From the NCBI GenBank assembly GCA_038062455.1, contig JBBTXE010000001.1, positions 316,371 through 370,718 on the forward strand: a stretch of 54,348 bases of DNA. Direction: 5' to 3'. A program made the translations under genes and the position numbers. Position 1 is the first letter of the stretch; the number at the start of each line of letters is the position of its first letter. The notes under the pieces were generated by a model that was not told the origin of the DNA, made no database searches, and saw nothing but the letters and a program-made list of their open reading frames with translations. Source of the stretch: Patescibacteria group bacterium. GTDB lineage: Bacteria > Patescibacteriota > Microgenomatia > UBA12405. Below, piece by piece: positions 17,706-27,364 of the stretch.

Positions 17706-18834
17706 GTTTCACTCCCCGCTTTTAATCTACATCTTCAGTCTGGTGACTATTGGTTTTTTATTTATCTCAGTATCCTCGCTTTTTGAGGCCCAAAGCAGTC
17801 AGGGTGATCCTTTTTTCTTTCTTCGAAAACAGGCCGTCTGGATTGGCAGTGGCTTTCTCCTGTTGTTAATTTCTTCGGCGTTTAATCTCGAATTTATTCG
17901 TAAATATTCTTTCTACCTCTATCTTTTTTCGATTGCCCTATTGGTTGCCGTTCTTATCCCCGGGTTAGGAGTAAAGGTTCTTGGCGCCAGACGCTGGTTT
18001 GATCTTGGGCCCATAAATATTCAGCCTTCGGAAATTTTTAAACTAGTCTCCGTTATTTTTTTCTCAGCCCTTTTTGCCGACCCGAATCAATCAACTTTTA
18101 AAAACCTCTTTTTCTTCCTCATCCCCGCCTTTGCCTTAATCGTCTTCGAACCAAACCTAAGTACCGCTCTTCTCTGTGCCGCTATTGTTTTTTCTATCTA
18201 TTACCTATCCGGTGGTCCCAACCTTCCTCTTTTTACCACTTTTCTCATTTTCATCGCTCTGGGAATTTTCCTGGTAGTTTCTTCTCCCTACCGTTTAGCC
18301 AGATTTAAAACTCTCTTAAATCAGGAAGGAAACCCTGACCAAAACTATCATAGTCAGCAAATAATAATTTCTCTGGCCTCCGGCGGCTGGTCAGGGAAGG
18401 GAATTGCCAACTCTGATCAAAAATATAGATTTTTACCTAAAATCAGCACTGATTCTATTTTAGCCATTATCGGTGAAGAAACTGGATTTATCGGATTAAG
18501 TGGTCTTTTATATCTATTCGTCTCTCTCGTTAATTATCTTTTCAAACTATCCAAACTCGTCAAGGAGCCTTTTGAAAAACTATTAGTCTCCGGTCTGGCC
18601 TGCTGGCTGTCATATCAGGCATTAATTAATTTTTCGGCCATTGTTTCCCTAATCCCTTTAACCGGAATTCCTTTCCCCTTTATCTCCTACGGCGGTTCCT
18701 CTCTTCTGACTCTTTTTATTGCCACCGGACTGGTTAGAAACATAGAAAAGCGACATCTTCCCTTGCTATACTCTCTTAATGCCAAGATCAAAAAAAATCG
18801 TCATCACCGGCACTCACCTCACTCCCGCCCTTGA
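17692..18834 (+). CDS. ftsW: SEDS protein FtsW
   Basis: GARRWFDLG, QPSEIFK, EPNLST, SGGWSGKG, TDSILAIIGEE, TGIPFPFISYGGSS; adjacent to murG. Confidence 0.9.
   Translation: MKKTKFHSPLLIYIFSLVTIGFLFISVSSLFEAQSSQGDPFFFLRKQAVWIGSGFLLLLISSAFNLEFIRKYSFYLYLFSIALLVAVLIPGLGVKVLGARRWFDLGPINIQPSEIFKLVSVIFFSALFADPNQSTFKNLFFFLIPAFALIVFEPNLSTALLCAAIVFSIYYLSGGPNLPLFTTFLIFIALGIFLVVSSPYRLARFKTLLNQEGNPDQNYHSQQIIISLASGGWSGKGIANSDQKYRFLPKISTDSILAIIGEETGFIGLSGLLYLFVSLVNYLFKLSKLVKEPFEKLLVSGLACWLSYQALINFSAIVSLIPLTGIPFPFISYGGSSLLTLFIATGLVRNIEKRHLPLLYSLNAKIKKNRHHRHSPHSRP
18764..18772 (+). promoter_or_regulatory. Extended -10 promoter (TGCTATACT) for murG
   Basis: Ends 6 nt before ATG 18779, implying a leaderless transcript. 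Confidence 0.45.
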
Positions 18835-19840
18835 ATTTATCCGTCAGCTTCAAAACGACCCTGACATCAACTGGGAAATTTATTACATCGGCCGGATTCA
18901 CAATTCCGGTGTCAACTCCACCCCCGCCATTGAGTCAAAATTAATTTCCAAAATTAAAATTAAATATTTTGGAATTGACTGCGGCAAATTCGACCGACGT
19001 TGGTTTCCCAACACTTTAAGCGGAATACCTCAAACATTTTCAGCTTTTTTTAAAGCTTTCCGAATCCTGGAACTTATTGAACCCCATCTGGTCTTATCGT
19101 TTGGTGGATACCTTTCCGTACCGGTAGTTTTCGCCGCCGCTATCAAAGGCATTCCTTCCGTCACCCACGAACAAACACCCACCCTAAGCCTTTCTACCCG
19201 CCTCAACAGTCTTTTTTCCAAATATGTCGCCTTATCATTTCCGCCGTCATCCCCGCGCAAGCGGGGACCTAAATACATCGTCACCGGTAATCTACTTCGA
19301 CAAGCAATATTTTCCCAAAAAAGCCCGATCTTCACTAAACTAAAGATTGACAAACCTATTATCTATGTCACCGGTGGTAACCAGGGATCTCTGTCTATAA
19401 ACAATCTCCTAAAAAAATCTCTACCTTTACTTACTAAAAATTATTTTATTATTCACCAGTACGGTCAAAAATCCAAGCCCAAAACTTCCCAAAACTATTT
19501 GCCCCTTGCCTATATTAACAGTCAAAATATTGGTTGGGTATTAAACCGCGCCTCCCTAATAATCAGTCGGGCCGGCGCCAATACCTGTCAGGAAATTGTG
19601 GCGCTTAAAATCAAATCAATTCTGATACCTTTGTTAACCAGTCAACAGGACGAACAGTTAAAAAACGCTGATTATGTTAAATCTCTTCAGCCGGACATCA
19701 CTATTATTATTCCTGAAAAAAATTTAAATCCCAAAATATTACAAGAAAGCATTGCCAAACTATTAATTATTAATTCTCCCAAAAGCTCTCCGGTAGCCCA
19801 AGAAAATCTCAAACTACTCAAACTCATTAAAACCATCTAA
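18779..19840 (+). CDS. murG: Lipid II GlcNAc transferase
   Basis: ITGTH, SFGGYLSVP, HEQT, VTGN, YVTGGNQGS, ISRAGANT, EQLKNA. Confidence 0.92.
   Translation: MPRSKKIVITGTHLTPALEFIRQLQNDPDINWEIYYIGRIHNSGVNSTPAIESKLISKIKIKYFGIDCGKFDRRWFPNTLSGIPQTFSAFFKAFRILELIEPHLVLSFGGYLSVPVVFAAAIKGIPSVTHEQTPTLSLSTRLNSLFSKYVALSFPPSSPRKRGPKYIVTGNLLRQAIFSQKSPIFTKLKIDKPIIYVTGGNQGSLSINNLLKKSLPLLTKNYFIIHQYGQKSKPKTSQNYLPLAYINSQNIGWVLNRASLIISRAGANTCQEIVALKIKSILIPLLTSQQDEQLKNADYVKSLQPDITIIIPEKNLNPKILQESIAKLLIINSPKSSPVAQENLKLLKLIKTI
19246..19270. repeat. REP-like palindrome, in frame inside murG
   Basis: GTCA-TCCCCGC-GCAA-GCGGGGA-CCT; same family as the copies at 52602, 53888, 53952 and 54327. Confidence 0.75.
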
Positions 19841-19849
19841 AATCAATCT

Positions 19850-21094
19850 ATGCAACGCTCTCGTCTTTTTACTTCAATCGACATCGGCACCTTCAAAATA
19901 ACTACTTTAATTGGCCAGTATTTTGACACCGGTCAAAAACTTAATATTATCGGTGCCGCCTCCGTTCCCGCCTCCGGCTTTAAAAAAGGCCAAATCATCA
20001 ACCTTGAACAGGCCTCTCATACCATCACCGAATCAATCGAATCCGCCGAAAGAATGGCCGGGGTTGAAATTAATTCCGCCTTTATCTCCCTGACAGCTCC
20101 CCATTTTGAATCTCTAAATTCCCACGGGGTGACTGCTGTCGGCAACCAAAACGGTGAAATCTCCACCGAAGATATCACCCGTGCCGTCGAAGCGGCCAAA
20201 GCCATTGCTCTCCCTGGCAACAAAGAGATAGTTCACATTATTCCTCGGGTCTTTAATGTCGACGGTCAGGAGGGAATTATCGACCCAATTGGCATGAACG
20301 GGGTTCGTCTCGAAGTTGAAGCTCATTTGATTTTGGCCTCCACCCCGGCCTTAAAGAACCTAAACAAGTGTCTCGAAGATATCGGCATTAAAACTATTTC
20401 CCTGGCCTACTCCGGTTTAACTGCCGCTAAGGCCTGCCTCTCGGAGACCGAAACCGAATTGGGAGTAGCCCTGGTTGATATCGGAGGCAGTAACACCACC
20501 ATCACCCTTTTTTCCGAAAACTCACCCCTGTTTTCCTCTTGTTTGCCCATTGGCGCCAACAATATTACTGCCGATCTGGCCATTGGGCTTCGCCTGCCTT
20601 TAGTCGATGCCGAAAAAATCAAAATTCGTCTGAATCATTTCTCCGAAAAGAAAGGTTTTGAAGATGAAATCGACCTCCAGCAATTTGGAGTAATTGGGGA
20701 CAATAACAAAATTTCTTTTTCTACCACCCTAAACGGAATAATCAAACCCCGCTTAAATGAAATCATCGGTCTGGTTTGGAACGAAATATGCTCTCATGGA
20801 TATCAAAGCTCAATTCCCGCCGGCTTGGTTCTCACTGGTGGGGGAGCCGAAACTCTGGAAATCAAAAATGTGGCTTCAGAAATTATTCCTTTGCCGGTTC
20901 GTATCGGAGAACCCCCCAAAGTTGGTGGAATTGTCGATGATATAACCAACCCCTCTTACAGCAGCGCCATCGGCGCCCTTCTCTTTTTTGCCAACTCCAA
21001 ACTGGCTTCCAAAAGTTCATCCCGCCAGATTAATTTTCCTTTAAGCGGAATTCTGGGAAAAATTAAAACTTTTCTTGAACCACTTTTACCCTAA
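19850..21094 (+). CDS. ftsA: Cell division protein FtsA
   Basis: IDIGTFKI, IESAERMAG, GVRLEVEAH, LVDIGG, AEKIK, VLTGGGA, PVRIG. Confidence 0.95.
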   Translation: MQRSRLFTSIDIGTFKITTLIGQYFDTGQKLNIIGAASVPASGFKKGQIINLEQASHTITESIESAERMAGVEINSAFISLTAPHFESLNSHGVTAVGNQNGEISTEDITRAVEAAKAIALPGNKEIVHIIPRVFNVDGQEGIIDPIGMNGVRLEVEAHLILASTPALKNLNKCLEDIGIKTISLAYSGLTAAKACLSETETELGVALVDIGGSNTTITLFSENSPLFSSCLPIGANNITADLAIGLRLPLVDAEKIKIRLNHFSEKKGFEDEIDLQQFGVIGDNNKISFSTTLNGIIKPRLNEIIGLVWNEICSHGYQSSIPAGLVLTGGGAETLEIKNVASEIIPLPVRIGEPPKVGGIVDDITNPSYSSAIGALLFFANSKLASKSSSRQINFPLSGILGKIKTFLEPLLP

Positions 21095-21097
21095 TCT

Positions 21098-22231
21098 ATG
21101 GGACTAGTTAAAACACTAACCGGCCAGTTTGCCAAAATAAAAGTCTTGGGTATCGGTGGCGGCGGCAACAACGCCATCAATTCCATGATCGCCGAAGACA
21201 ATATCAAAGGAGTCGACTTTATTGCCGTCAACACTGACTCTCAGGCCCTCCTCAACTCCAAAGCCCCGATTAAAATCCAAATTGGAGAAAAACTTACCAA
21301 AGGTTTAGGAGCCGGCGGTGATCCTCAAATTGGTCAACAGGCCGCTGAAGAGTCCCGGCAACGGTTAAAAGAAGTCATTGAAGACACCGACATGCTTTTT
21401 ATTACCGGCGGCATGGGTGGAGGCACCTGCACCGGCGCCGCTCCGATTATTGCCGAAATTGCCAAAAAAGAACTGGGGATTTTAACCATTGCCGTAGTTA
21501 CCAAACCCTTCCTCTTCGAAGGTACCCGCCGGATGAGCCGGGCCGAAGAAGGCGTTGCCCGGCTTCGTCAATTTGTCGATACCTTGATTGTGATCCCTAA
21601 TCAAAAAGTTATGGAGGTGGTCAATTCAGAGGCTACCCTGCTTGAAGCCTTTAGAACTGCCGATTCTGTTCTTAATAAAGGTACCAAAGCCATTGCTGAT
21701 CTGATTACCGTTCCCGGCCTCATCAATCTCGATTTTGCCGACATCAAATCAGTTATGAGCAATGCCGGCTCAGCTCTGATGGGAGTTGGTGAAGCAGAGG
21801 GGGTCGGCAAAGCCAAAAAAGCGGTTGAAGCTGCTATTGCTTCACCCTTAGTTGAGGTCGATATTAACGGTGCTCGTGGCGTTCTGATCAATATCACCGG
21901 CGGTCCCGATATCACTATGGCTGAAATCGAAGAAGCCGCTAAAATCATCACTTCTCATGTTGCCCCTGATGCTAATATTATCTTTGGCGCCTCGATCGAC
22001 GAAAACCTGACCGGTAAAATAAAAATCTCGGTAATTGCCACCGGCTTTGATTCGTCTAAATCAGCTTATCAAAACTATAAAAAAACTACAATTTCAACCG
22101 ATCTTTTGGATGAAAAACCAAAGCCCCTGTCGCCAGAATTTCAAAACCTTCTTAAAGACCAAACCATTCCCGAAGGTGTTGATATCGAAGACGAGTTCGA
22201 CATCCCCGCCTTTTTGCGCAAAAATCAATAG
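21098..22231 (+). CDS. ftsZ: Cell division protein FtsZ
   Basis: GIGGGGNNA, GGMGGGTCTG tubulin motif, NLDFAD, C-terminal DIPAFLRK. Confidence 0.97.
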   Translation: MGLVKTLTGQFAKIKVLGIGGGGNNAINSMIAEDNIKGVDFIAVNTDSQALLNSKAPIKIQIGEKLTKGLGAGGDPQIGQQAAEESRQRLKEVIEDTDMLFITGGMGGGTCTGAAPIIAEIAKKELGILTIAVVTKPFLFEGTRRMSRAEEGVARLRQFVDTLIVIPNQKVMEVVNSEATLLEAFRTADSVLNKGTKAIADLITVPGLINLDFADIKSVMSNAGSALMGVGEAEGVGKAKKAVEAAIASPLVEVDINGARGVLINITGGPDITMAEIEEAAKIITSHVAPDANIIFGASIDENLTGKIKISVIATGFDSSKSAYQNYKKTTISTDLLDEKPKPLSPEFQNLLKDQTIPEGVDIEDEFDIPAFLRKNQ

Positions 22232-22252
22232 TTATGTTAAAATAATCCCAAT

Positions 22253-22435
22253 ATGTCAATTGAAGAAAAACCCAAACAAACCCCTACCTTAACCAAAGCA
22301 TCAACAAGACTTGCCGCAGGAATTAATGAAATTTTTAAAGCATATGAAAATTCTCTTCCTAAAAGTTCAACCCCAAAACCAGGCAAAGTATCTGATGTAA
22401 CAGAACAACAATCAGCCCAAATATCTAAACCATAA
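22253..22435 (+). CDS. Small hypothetical protein (60 aa)
   Basis: Fills the gap after ftsZ; preceded by TGTTAAAAT at about 22235. No recognisable motif. Confidence 0.4.
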   Translation: MSIEEKPKQTPTLTKASTRLAAGINEIFKAYENSLPKSSTPKPGKVSDVTEQQSAQISKP

Positions 22436-22504
22436 TTATGCAAAATAATATCAATTCTCAAAATTTAATTATTCTTTAGCTCCGGATTTTTTCCGGAGCC
22501 ATTC

Positions 22505-22528
22505 AATCCCGCACCAGCGGGATTTTTT
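22505..22528 (+). terminator. Intrinsic terminator-like hairpin
   Basis: AATCCCGC-ACCA-GCGGGATT followed by a T tract, downstream of the ftsZ operon. Confidence 0.6.
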
Positions 22529-22595
22529 GATTCGACGTACATTATACGAATCAATCCGCCTCTGGCGGATAATTACAAATAAATTATAATAAACT

Positions 22596-25379
22596 ATGGC
22601 TTACTTTAAGGAATTACCATCAAATCCCAATTTTCCTGAAATGGAAAGAGAAATTCTTTCCTGGTGGCAGGAAAACGACATTGTCAACAAATATCTTCAT
22701 AAAAACGATGATTCCTCCAAAATCTTTTCATTTATTGACGGTCCCATCACCGCCAATGCCCCCATGGGGGTTCACCATGCCCGCGGCCGAACCATTAAAG
22801 ATGTCTTCCAAAGATACAAAAATTTAGCCGGATTCCAGCAACGTTTTCAAAACGGTTTTGATTGTCAGGGGTTGTGGGTTGAGGTGGAAGTCGAAAAAGA
22901 TGCCGGATTTAACTCCAAAAAAGACATTATTAATTTTGGCCTCGAAAAATTTACCAATGCTTGCCTTGATCGCGTCTCTAAATATTCCCAACTTCAAACC
23001 GAACAATCTAAGCGTCTTGGTTACTTCATGGATTGGGACAATAGTTATTACACCAACTCCAAAGAAAATAACCTTTATATCTGGCACTTTTTTAAATTAA
23101 TTTCGGAAAAGGGGTGGTTAGTTAAAAGAAAAAGCGCCGCCACCTGGTGCCCCCGCTGTGAAACCGGTCTCTCCCAACATGAACAAGCTGATGGTTACAA
23201 AAATATTACCGATACTTCCGTCTATTTGAAATTCAAACTTAAGAACAAAGATAATGAATATGTCTTGGCCTGGACCACTACTCCCTGGACCTTATCAGCC
23301 AATGTTCTTTTAGCCATCAACACCAAATTTGAATATGTCAAAGCCAAATATGAAGGTTCCGTTCTTTATCTGGCCCGCCTCGCCGCTGATCGGCTTAAAT
23401 TAACTGACTACGAATCCATCGATGCCCAAAAACTTGTCGGACTTGAGTATGAACCCCTTTACGATATTCCCGCCCAAAATAATATTAAACACCATATTAC
23501 TAACTGGAAATTAGTCGATCCGACAGAGGGTACCGGCATTGTTCATATTGCTCCCGGCTGCGGTCAGGAAGATTTCGAACTTGGAAAAGTTTTAAAAGCC
23601 CCCATGCCCTCACCCCTTGACGAAACCGGCCATTTTACTTCCGATTACGGGGATCTTTCCGGCCTTTACGCCCATGATGTTGCCCCGTTAGTTTTTGAAT
23701 ATCTAAAACGACAGAATTTATTATTTAAAACCGAACTGGTTACTCATCGCTATCCTCACTGTTGGCGCTGCCATACCAAATGTCTTTTCCGTCTCGAAGA
23801 CAGCTGGTATATCGACACCAATCAAATCCGGCCGCTTATGAAAAAAGCTGCCGCCACCGTCAATTGGCATCCCAAATTTGTCGGCCGGCGGATGCAAAAC
23901 TGGCTTGATTCCATGGAAGATTGGATGATTAGCCGTAAACGTTTTTATGGCTTAAGCCTGCCTTTTTATGAATGTGACTGTGGTCAACTCACTGTTGTCG
24001 GCAGTTTAGAAGAATTGGAAAAACTGGCAATTGACCCCAAACCGATCAAAAACCTCATCTCTCTTCATCGACCTTGGATTGATGAAATAAAAATCAAGTG
24101 CTCCAAATGCGGTCAAAGTGTCAACCGGGTTCCCGATGTCGGTGATTGTTGGCTCGACGCCGGTATCATTCCTTTTTCTACCCTCAAATATTTAAGCGAT
24201 AAAAACTATTGGCGGAAATGGTTTCCGGCCGAATTAGTTACTGAAATGACCGAACAAGTCCGTCTCTGGTTTTATTCCCTGCTCTTCTTTAGTGTCACCT
24301 TTGAAAACACCACTTCTTATCAAAATGTGGTTACCTATGCCGAAGTCCGCGACGAACATGGAGAGCGAATGAGCAAAACCAAAAAAAATGGCCTTCCTTT
24401 TGATGACGCTGTTGCCAAGATGTCAGCCGATGCCATGCGCTGGCTCTATTGTCTCCAAAAATCCAGCTCAAATGTCAATTTTGGATATCGAATTGCTGAC
24501 AGTGTCAAACGTGAATTTATCCTTATTTTATGGAACTCCTATCGTTTTTTCACTCAACACGCCAATTTGGAAAATTGGCATCCTAATTCAGACGTCATTG
24601 CGAGCGTAACGAAGCAATCTAATATCCTCGACCTCTGGCTTCTCTCCCGACTCAATAGTACGATAAATCAAGTCACTAAAAGCTTAGATAAATATTCCAC
24701 CGCTAAGGCTACTAAAAACCTTCAATCTTTTGTTACCGATCTTTCCACCTGGTACATCCGTCGCTCCCGTACCCGATCTGATAATTTAAATCTTCTTTAT
24801 TACGTTTTTAGAAAAATCTCAACCTTGATTTCCCCTTTTATACCCTTTTTAAGCGAAACAATTCACCGTAATTTATCCACTCCCGTTCTTTCTGTCCACC
24901 TTGAAAACTGGCCCAAAGCTGAAACCAAACAAATTGATTCCGCCCTGGAAACCCAAATAAATCTTGCCCGAAAAATCTGCCAATTAATTCACGCCGAACG
25001 TCAAAGTGCCGTTATCAAAATCCGTCAACCGCTCTCTTCGGCCGCGGTCACTTGTCCCCAAAGTCTCTCCCCGGATTTAATCGACATCATTAAAGAAGAA
25101 ACTAATGTTAAAAAAATTATCATTTCCGCCTCTGACAAACTCAAGGCCACCCTGGATACCACTCTCACTCCCGAACTTTTAGCCGAAGGTGAATACCGCG
25201 ACTTCGTCAGAGAGATTCAAGTCATGCGGAAAAATGCCGGCCTTCTTATTACCGACCAAATCTCTATCAGTGCCCCTTCCTGGCCTAATACTTTCGAAAG
25301 AGAAATTCTTGCTAAAACTCTAGCCGTTTCCGTTACCAAAAGTAATACCCTGTCTATTAAAAAAGTCAATGCTTCTTAA
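22596..25379 (+). CDS. ileS: Isoleucine--tRNA ligase, type 2
   Basis: DGPITANAPMGVHH, GFDCQGL, WTTTPWTL, GTGIVHIAPG, DWMISRKR, RMSKT, WYIRRSR. Confidence 0.95.
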   Translation: MAYFKELPSNPNFPEMEREILSWWQENDIVNKYLHKNDDSSKIFSFIDGPITANAPMGVHHARGRTIKDVFQRYKNLAGFQQRFQNGFDCQGLWVEVEVEKDAGFNSKKDIINFGLEKFTNACLDRVSKYSQLQTEQSKRLGYFMDWDNSYYTNSKENNLYIWHFFKLISEKGWLVKRKSAATWCPRCETGLSQHEQADGYKNITDTSVYLKFKLKNKDNEYVLAWTTTPWTLSANVLLAINTKFEYVKAKYEGSVLYLARLAADRLKLTDYESIDAQKLVGLEYEPLYDIPAQNNIKHHITNWKLVDPTEGTGIVHIAPGCGQEDFELGKVLKAPMPSPLDETGHFTSDYGDLSGLYAHDVAPLVFEYLKRQNLLFKTELVTHRYPHCWRCHTKCLFRLEDSWYIDTNQIRPLMKKAAATVNWHPKFVGRRMQNWLDSMEDWMISRKRFYGLSLPFYECDCGQLTVVGSLEELEKLAIDPKPIKNLISLHRPWIDEIKIKCSKCGQSVNRVPDVGDCWLDAGIIPFSTLKYLSDKNYWRKWFPAELVTEMTEQVRLWFYSLLFFSVTFENTTSYQNVVTYAEVRDEHGERMSKTKKNGLPFDDAVAKMSADAMRWLYCLQKSSSNVNFGYRIADSVKREFILILWNSYRFFTQHANLENWHPNSDVIASVTKQSNILDLWLLSRLNSTINQVTKSLDKYSTAKATKNLQSFVTDLSTWYIRRSRTRSDNLNLLYYVFRKISTLISPFIPFLSETIHRNLSTPVLSVHLENWPKAETKQIDSALETQINLARKICQLIHAERQSAVIKIRQPLSSAAVTCPQSLSPDLIDIIKEETNVKKIIISASDKLKATLDTTLTPELLAEGEYRDFVREIQVMRKNAGLLITDQISISAPSWPNTFEREILAKTLAVSVTKSNTLSIKKVNAS

Positions 25380-26370
25380 AAACCGCTTTTTTCCTTTAAG
25401 TATTTCTCTTCTCATCTTTTTAACCATCAACCTTTTAATGGTCAGCTCTCTTGCCCCTCAAGTGTTATTAAAACAATCACTCGCCTGGATGGTCGGTATT
25501 TTCTTGTTCTTTATCGGCACCCAAATTAACCCTAAGCAAATTTCCGGCAACCGTTGGCCTATTTTTATAATTTCCTGCATTCTTCTTTTGCTTCCCCTAA
25601 TTCTGGGGAATATCACTAGAGGATCCCGCCGCTGGATCGATATCGGCCAAATCTCTCTTCAACCTAGTGAAATTGTCAAACCCGGACTGATGTTATTTTT
25701 GGCTTCAGGAAAATACTCTCTCCTTCATCTGCTCCCGGTGGCCATCATCATAGCTCAACCAGATTTAGGCAGTGCCCTTACCGTTTTGGTACTACTTATT
25801 CCTGTTGTCCTCTATACCCCAAAACTCCTGAAACTGTCATTACTTTTAGCCTTATTTGGCCTAATACTCTCCCCCATTACTTGGCGCTTTTTGCTTCACA
25901 ACTATCAAAAAAACCGGATCGAAACATTTTTAAACCCAACCCATGATCCTCTCGGCCAAGGTTACAATCTGATTCAATCACAAATTGCTGTCGGTTCAGG
26001 CGGCTTTTTTGGTAAAGGCTATCGGCAGGGGACTCAAGGACAACTTCTTTTTCTCCCTGAAAAACACACTGATTTTATTTTTGCCGCCACCTCTGAAGAA
26101 CTTGGCCTCGTTTCAATTCTACTTATATTCCTGGCTTACTTCCTCCTTCTTCGGACTCTCCTCAATAAAGCTTTTAACACCCTTAATAATCGCCCCCTTT
26201 TTCTTTTTACTCTCGGCATCACCCTCGAAATTTGGATTCAAATGGTAGTCAATGTCGGCATGAACATCGGCCTTCTGCCAATTACCGGCATTCCTCTGCC
26301 CTTTCTCTCGGTCGGCGGTTCCTCACTTTTAGCCCTTCTTTTTTCCCTGGGAATTATTTATTCCTCCTGA
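25369..26370 (+). CDS. rodA: SEDS protein RodA
   Basis: GSRRWI, QPSEIVK, QPDLGSA, YQKNRIETFLNP, QSQIAVGSGG, LPEKHTDFIF, ITGIPLPFLSVGGSS. Confidence 0.88.
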   Translation: MLLKNRFFPLSISLLIFLTINLLMVSSLAPQVLLKQSLAWMVGIFLFFIGTQINPKQISGNRWPIFIISCILLLLPLILGNITRGSRRWIDIGQISLQPSEIVKPGLMLFLASGKYSLLHLLPVAIIIAQPDLGSALTVLVLLIPVVLYTPKLLKLSLLLALFGLILSPITWRFLLHNYQKNRIETFLNPTHDPLGQGYNLIQSQIAVGSGGFFGKGYRQGTQGQLLFLPEKHTDFIFAATSEELGLVSILLIFLAYFLLLRTLLNKAFNTLNNRPLFLFTLGITLEIWIQMVVNVGMNIGLLPITGIPLPFLSVGGSSLLALLFSLGIIYSS

Positions 26371-26372
26371 TT

Positions 26373-26414
26373 ATACTTAATACTTAATACGTAATACCTG
26401 ATACTTGTTACTGA
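26373..26414. repeat. Degenerate heptamer array (ATACTTA-type, 5-6 units)
   Basis: ATACTTA ATACTTA ATACGTA ATACCTG ATACTTG between rodA and rplU. Confidence 0.7.
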
Positions 26415-26416
26415 TA

Positions 26417-26425
26417 TGTTATAAT
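26417..26425 (+). promoter_or_regulatory. Extended -10 promoter (TGTTATAAT) for rplU
   Basis: Ends 8 nt before ATG 26434. Confidence 0.6.
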
Positions 26426-26433
26426 CTCCAGGT

Positions 26434-26742
26434 ATGAAATACGCCATAATCGGAATTTCCGGTTGCCAATATAAAGTTGAAGAGAACCAAACAATTACCG
26501 TTGACAAACTTGATCCCTCACTCAAATCAACTACCGAAGTTTATCTGGTTGTTGATGATAAAAAGATAGAAGTTGGCCAGCCAACGGTTAAAAACTCTAG
26601 TGTTGATTTTGAATTAGTCAAAAATTTTCAGGGACCAAAACTTGACGTTAACAAATTCCGGGCCAAATCCCGTTACCGAAAACACATCGGTTTTCGCCCT
26701 CAATTAACTGATATTAAAATATTAAAGATTAATAATTCGTAA
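26434..26742 (+). CDS. rplU: 50S ribosomal protein L21
   Basis: MKYAII...GCQYKVEE, KSRYRKHIGFRPQLT; upstream of rpmA. Confidence 0.93.
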   Translation: MKYAIIGISGCQYKVEENQTITVDKLDPSLKSTTEVYLVVDDKKIEVGQPTVKNSSVDFELVKNFQGPKLDVNKFRAKSRYRKHIGFRPQLTDIKILKINNS

Positions 26743-26796
26743 TTTTGAGTTTTACGAAATCCTGTGGACATAATTTATAATTCGTAATTAATTTAC

Positions 26797-27048
26797 ATGG
26801 CTCACACCAAATCCCAAGGTAAAACCCGTCAAAAATCAAATCGTCCCGGCCAGCGTCTGGGGGTCAAAAAATCCGGTGGCCAAAAAGTGGCTGTTGGGCA
26901 AATAATTGTCCGCCAGGTTGGTTCCAAATTCCATATCGGTCCGGGCACCAAAGCCGGCAAAGATTTTACCATCTACGCCATCCGTCCAGGGATTGTCAAA
27001 TTTCTCAATAAATTCGGCAAAAAACTCGTCTCCGTCATCAAGGCTTAG
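26797..27048 (+). CDS. rpmA: 50S ribosomal protein L27
   Basis: MAHTK, RLGVK, GQIIVRQ, GKDFTIYA. Confidence 0.95.
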   Translation: MAHTKSQGKTRQKSNRPGQRLGVKKSGGQKVAVGQIIVRQVGSKFHIGPGTKAGKDFTIYAIRPGIVKFLNKFGKKLVSVIKA

Positions 27049-27259
27049 ATAATAGTGGAACTCTATGAACTAACGTCTTTTTACTATTAACCGTTAGTCT
27101 ATCCCAAAGCCCGTCCAGTGCCGGAAAATTATAGTCCAAACCATAACCGTTTCTTATGTCCTTTCTCTCTCCGGTGCAAACGAAATGTATTGACAAATTT
27201 TTAATTCTTACCACGGTCCCCAGTGGCACTTTTTCGACTTTCTCCCACTCCTCCGACAT
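27038..27259 (-). CDS. Small hypothetical protein (73 aa)
   Basis: Occupies the rpmA-parB gap; TATAAT (27267-27272, minus strand) lies 7 nt before the ATG. Confidence 0.55.
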   Translation of the reverse strand: MSEEWEKVEKVPLGTVVRIKNLSIHFVCTGERKDIRNGYGLDYNFPALDGLWDRLTVNSKKTLVHRVPLLSKP

Positions 27260-27364
27260 ATATCACATTATACTACTAAAGAAATTATCGGGGTTTTGTT
27301 CTCACCACCATTGATCCATTTGATCTCTCTTTTTTCACGATCTTTTTCATGATAGTCTTTTAAC

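Noticed and set aside
22436-22595. T-box riboswitch upstream of ileS
   Set aside because: No T-box consensus (GGTGGTACCGCG-like) or specifier stem seen, and a -10 box lies 5 nt before the ATG.
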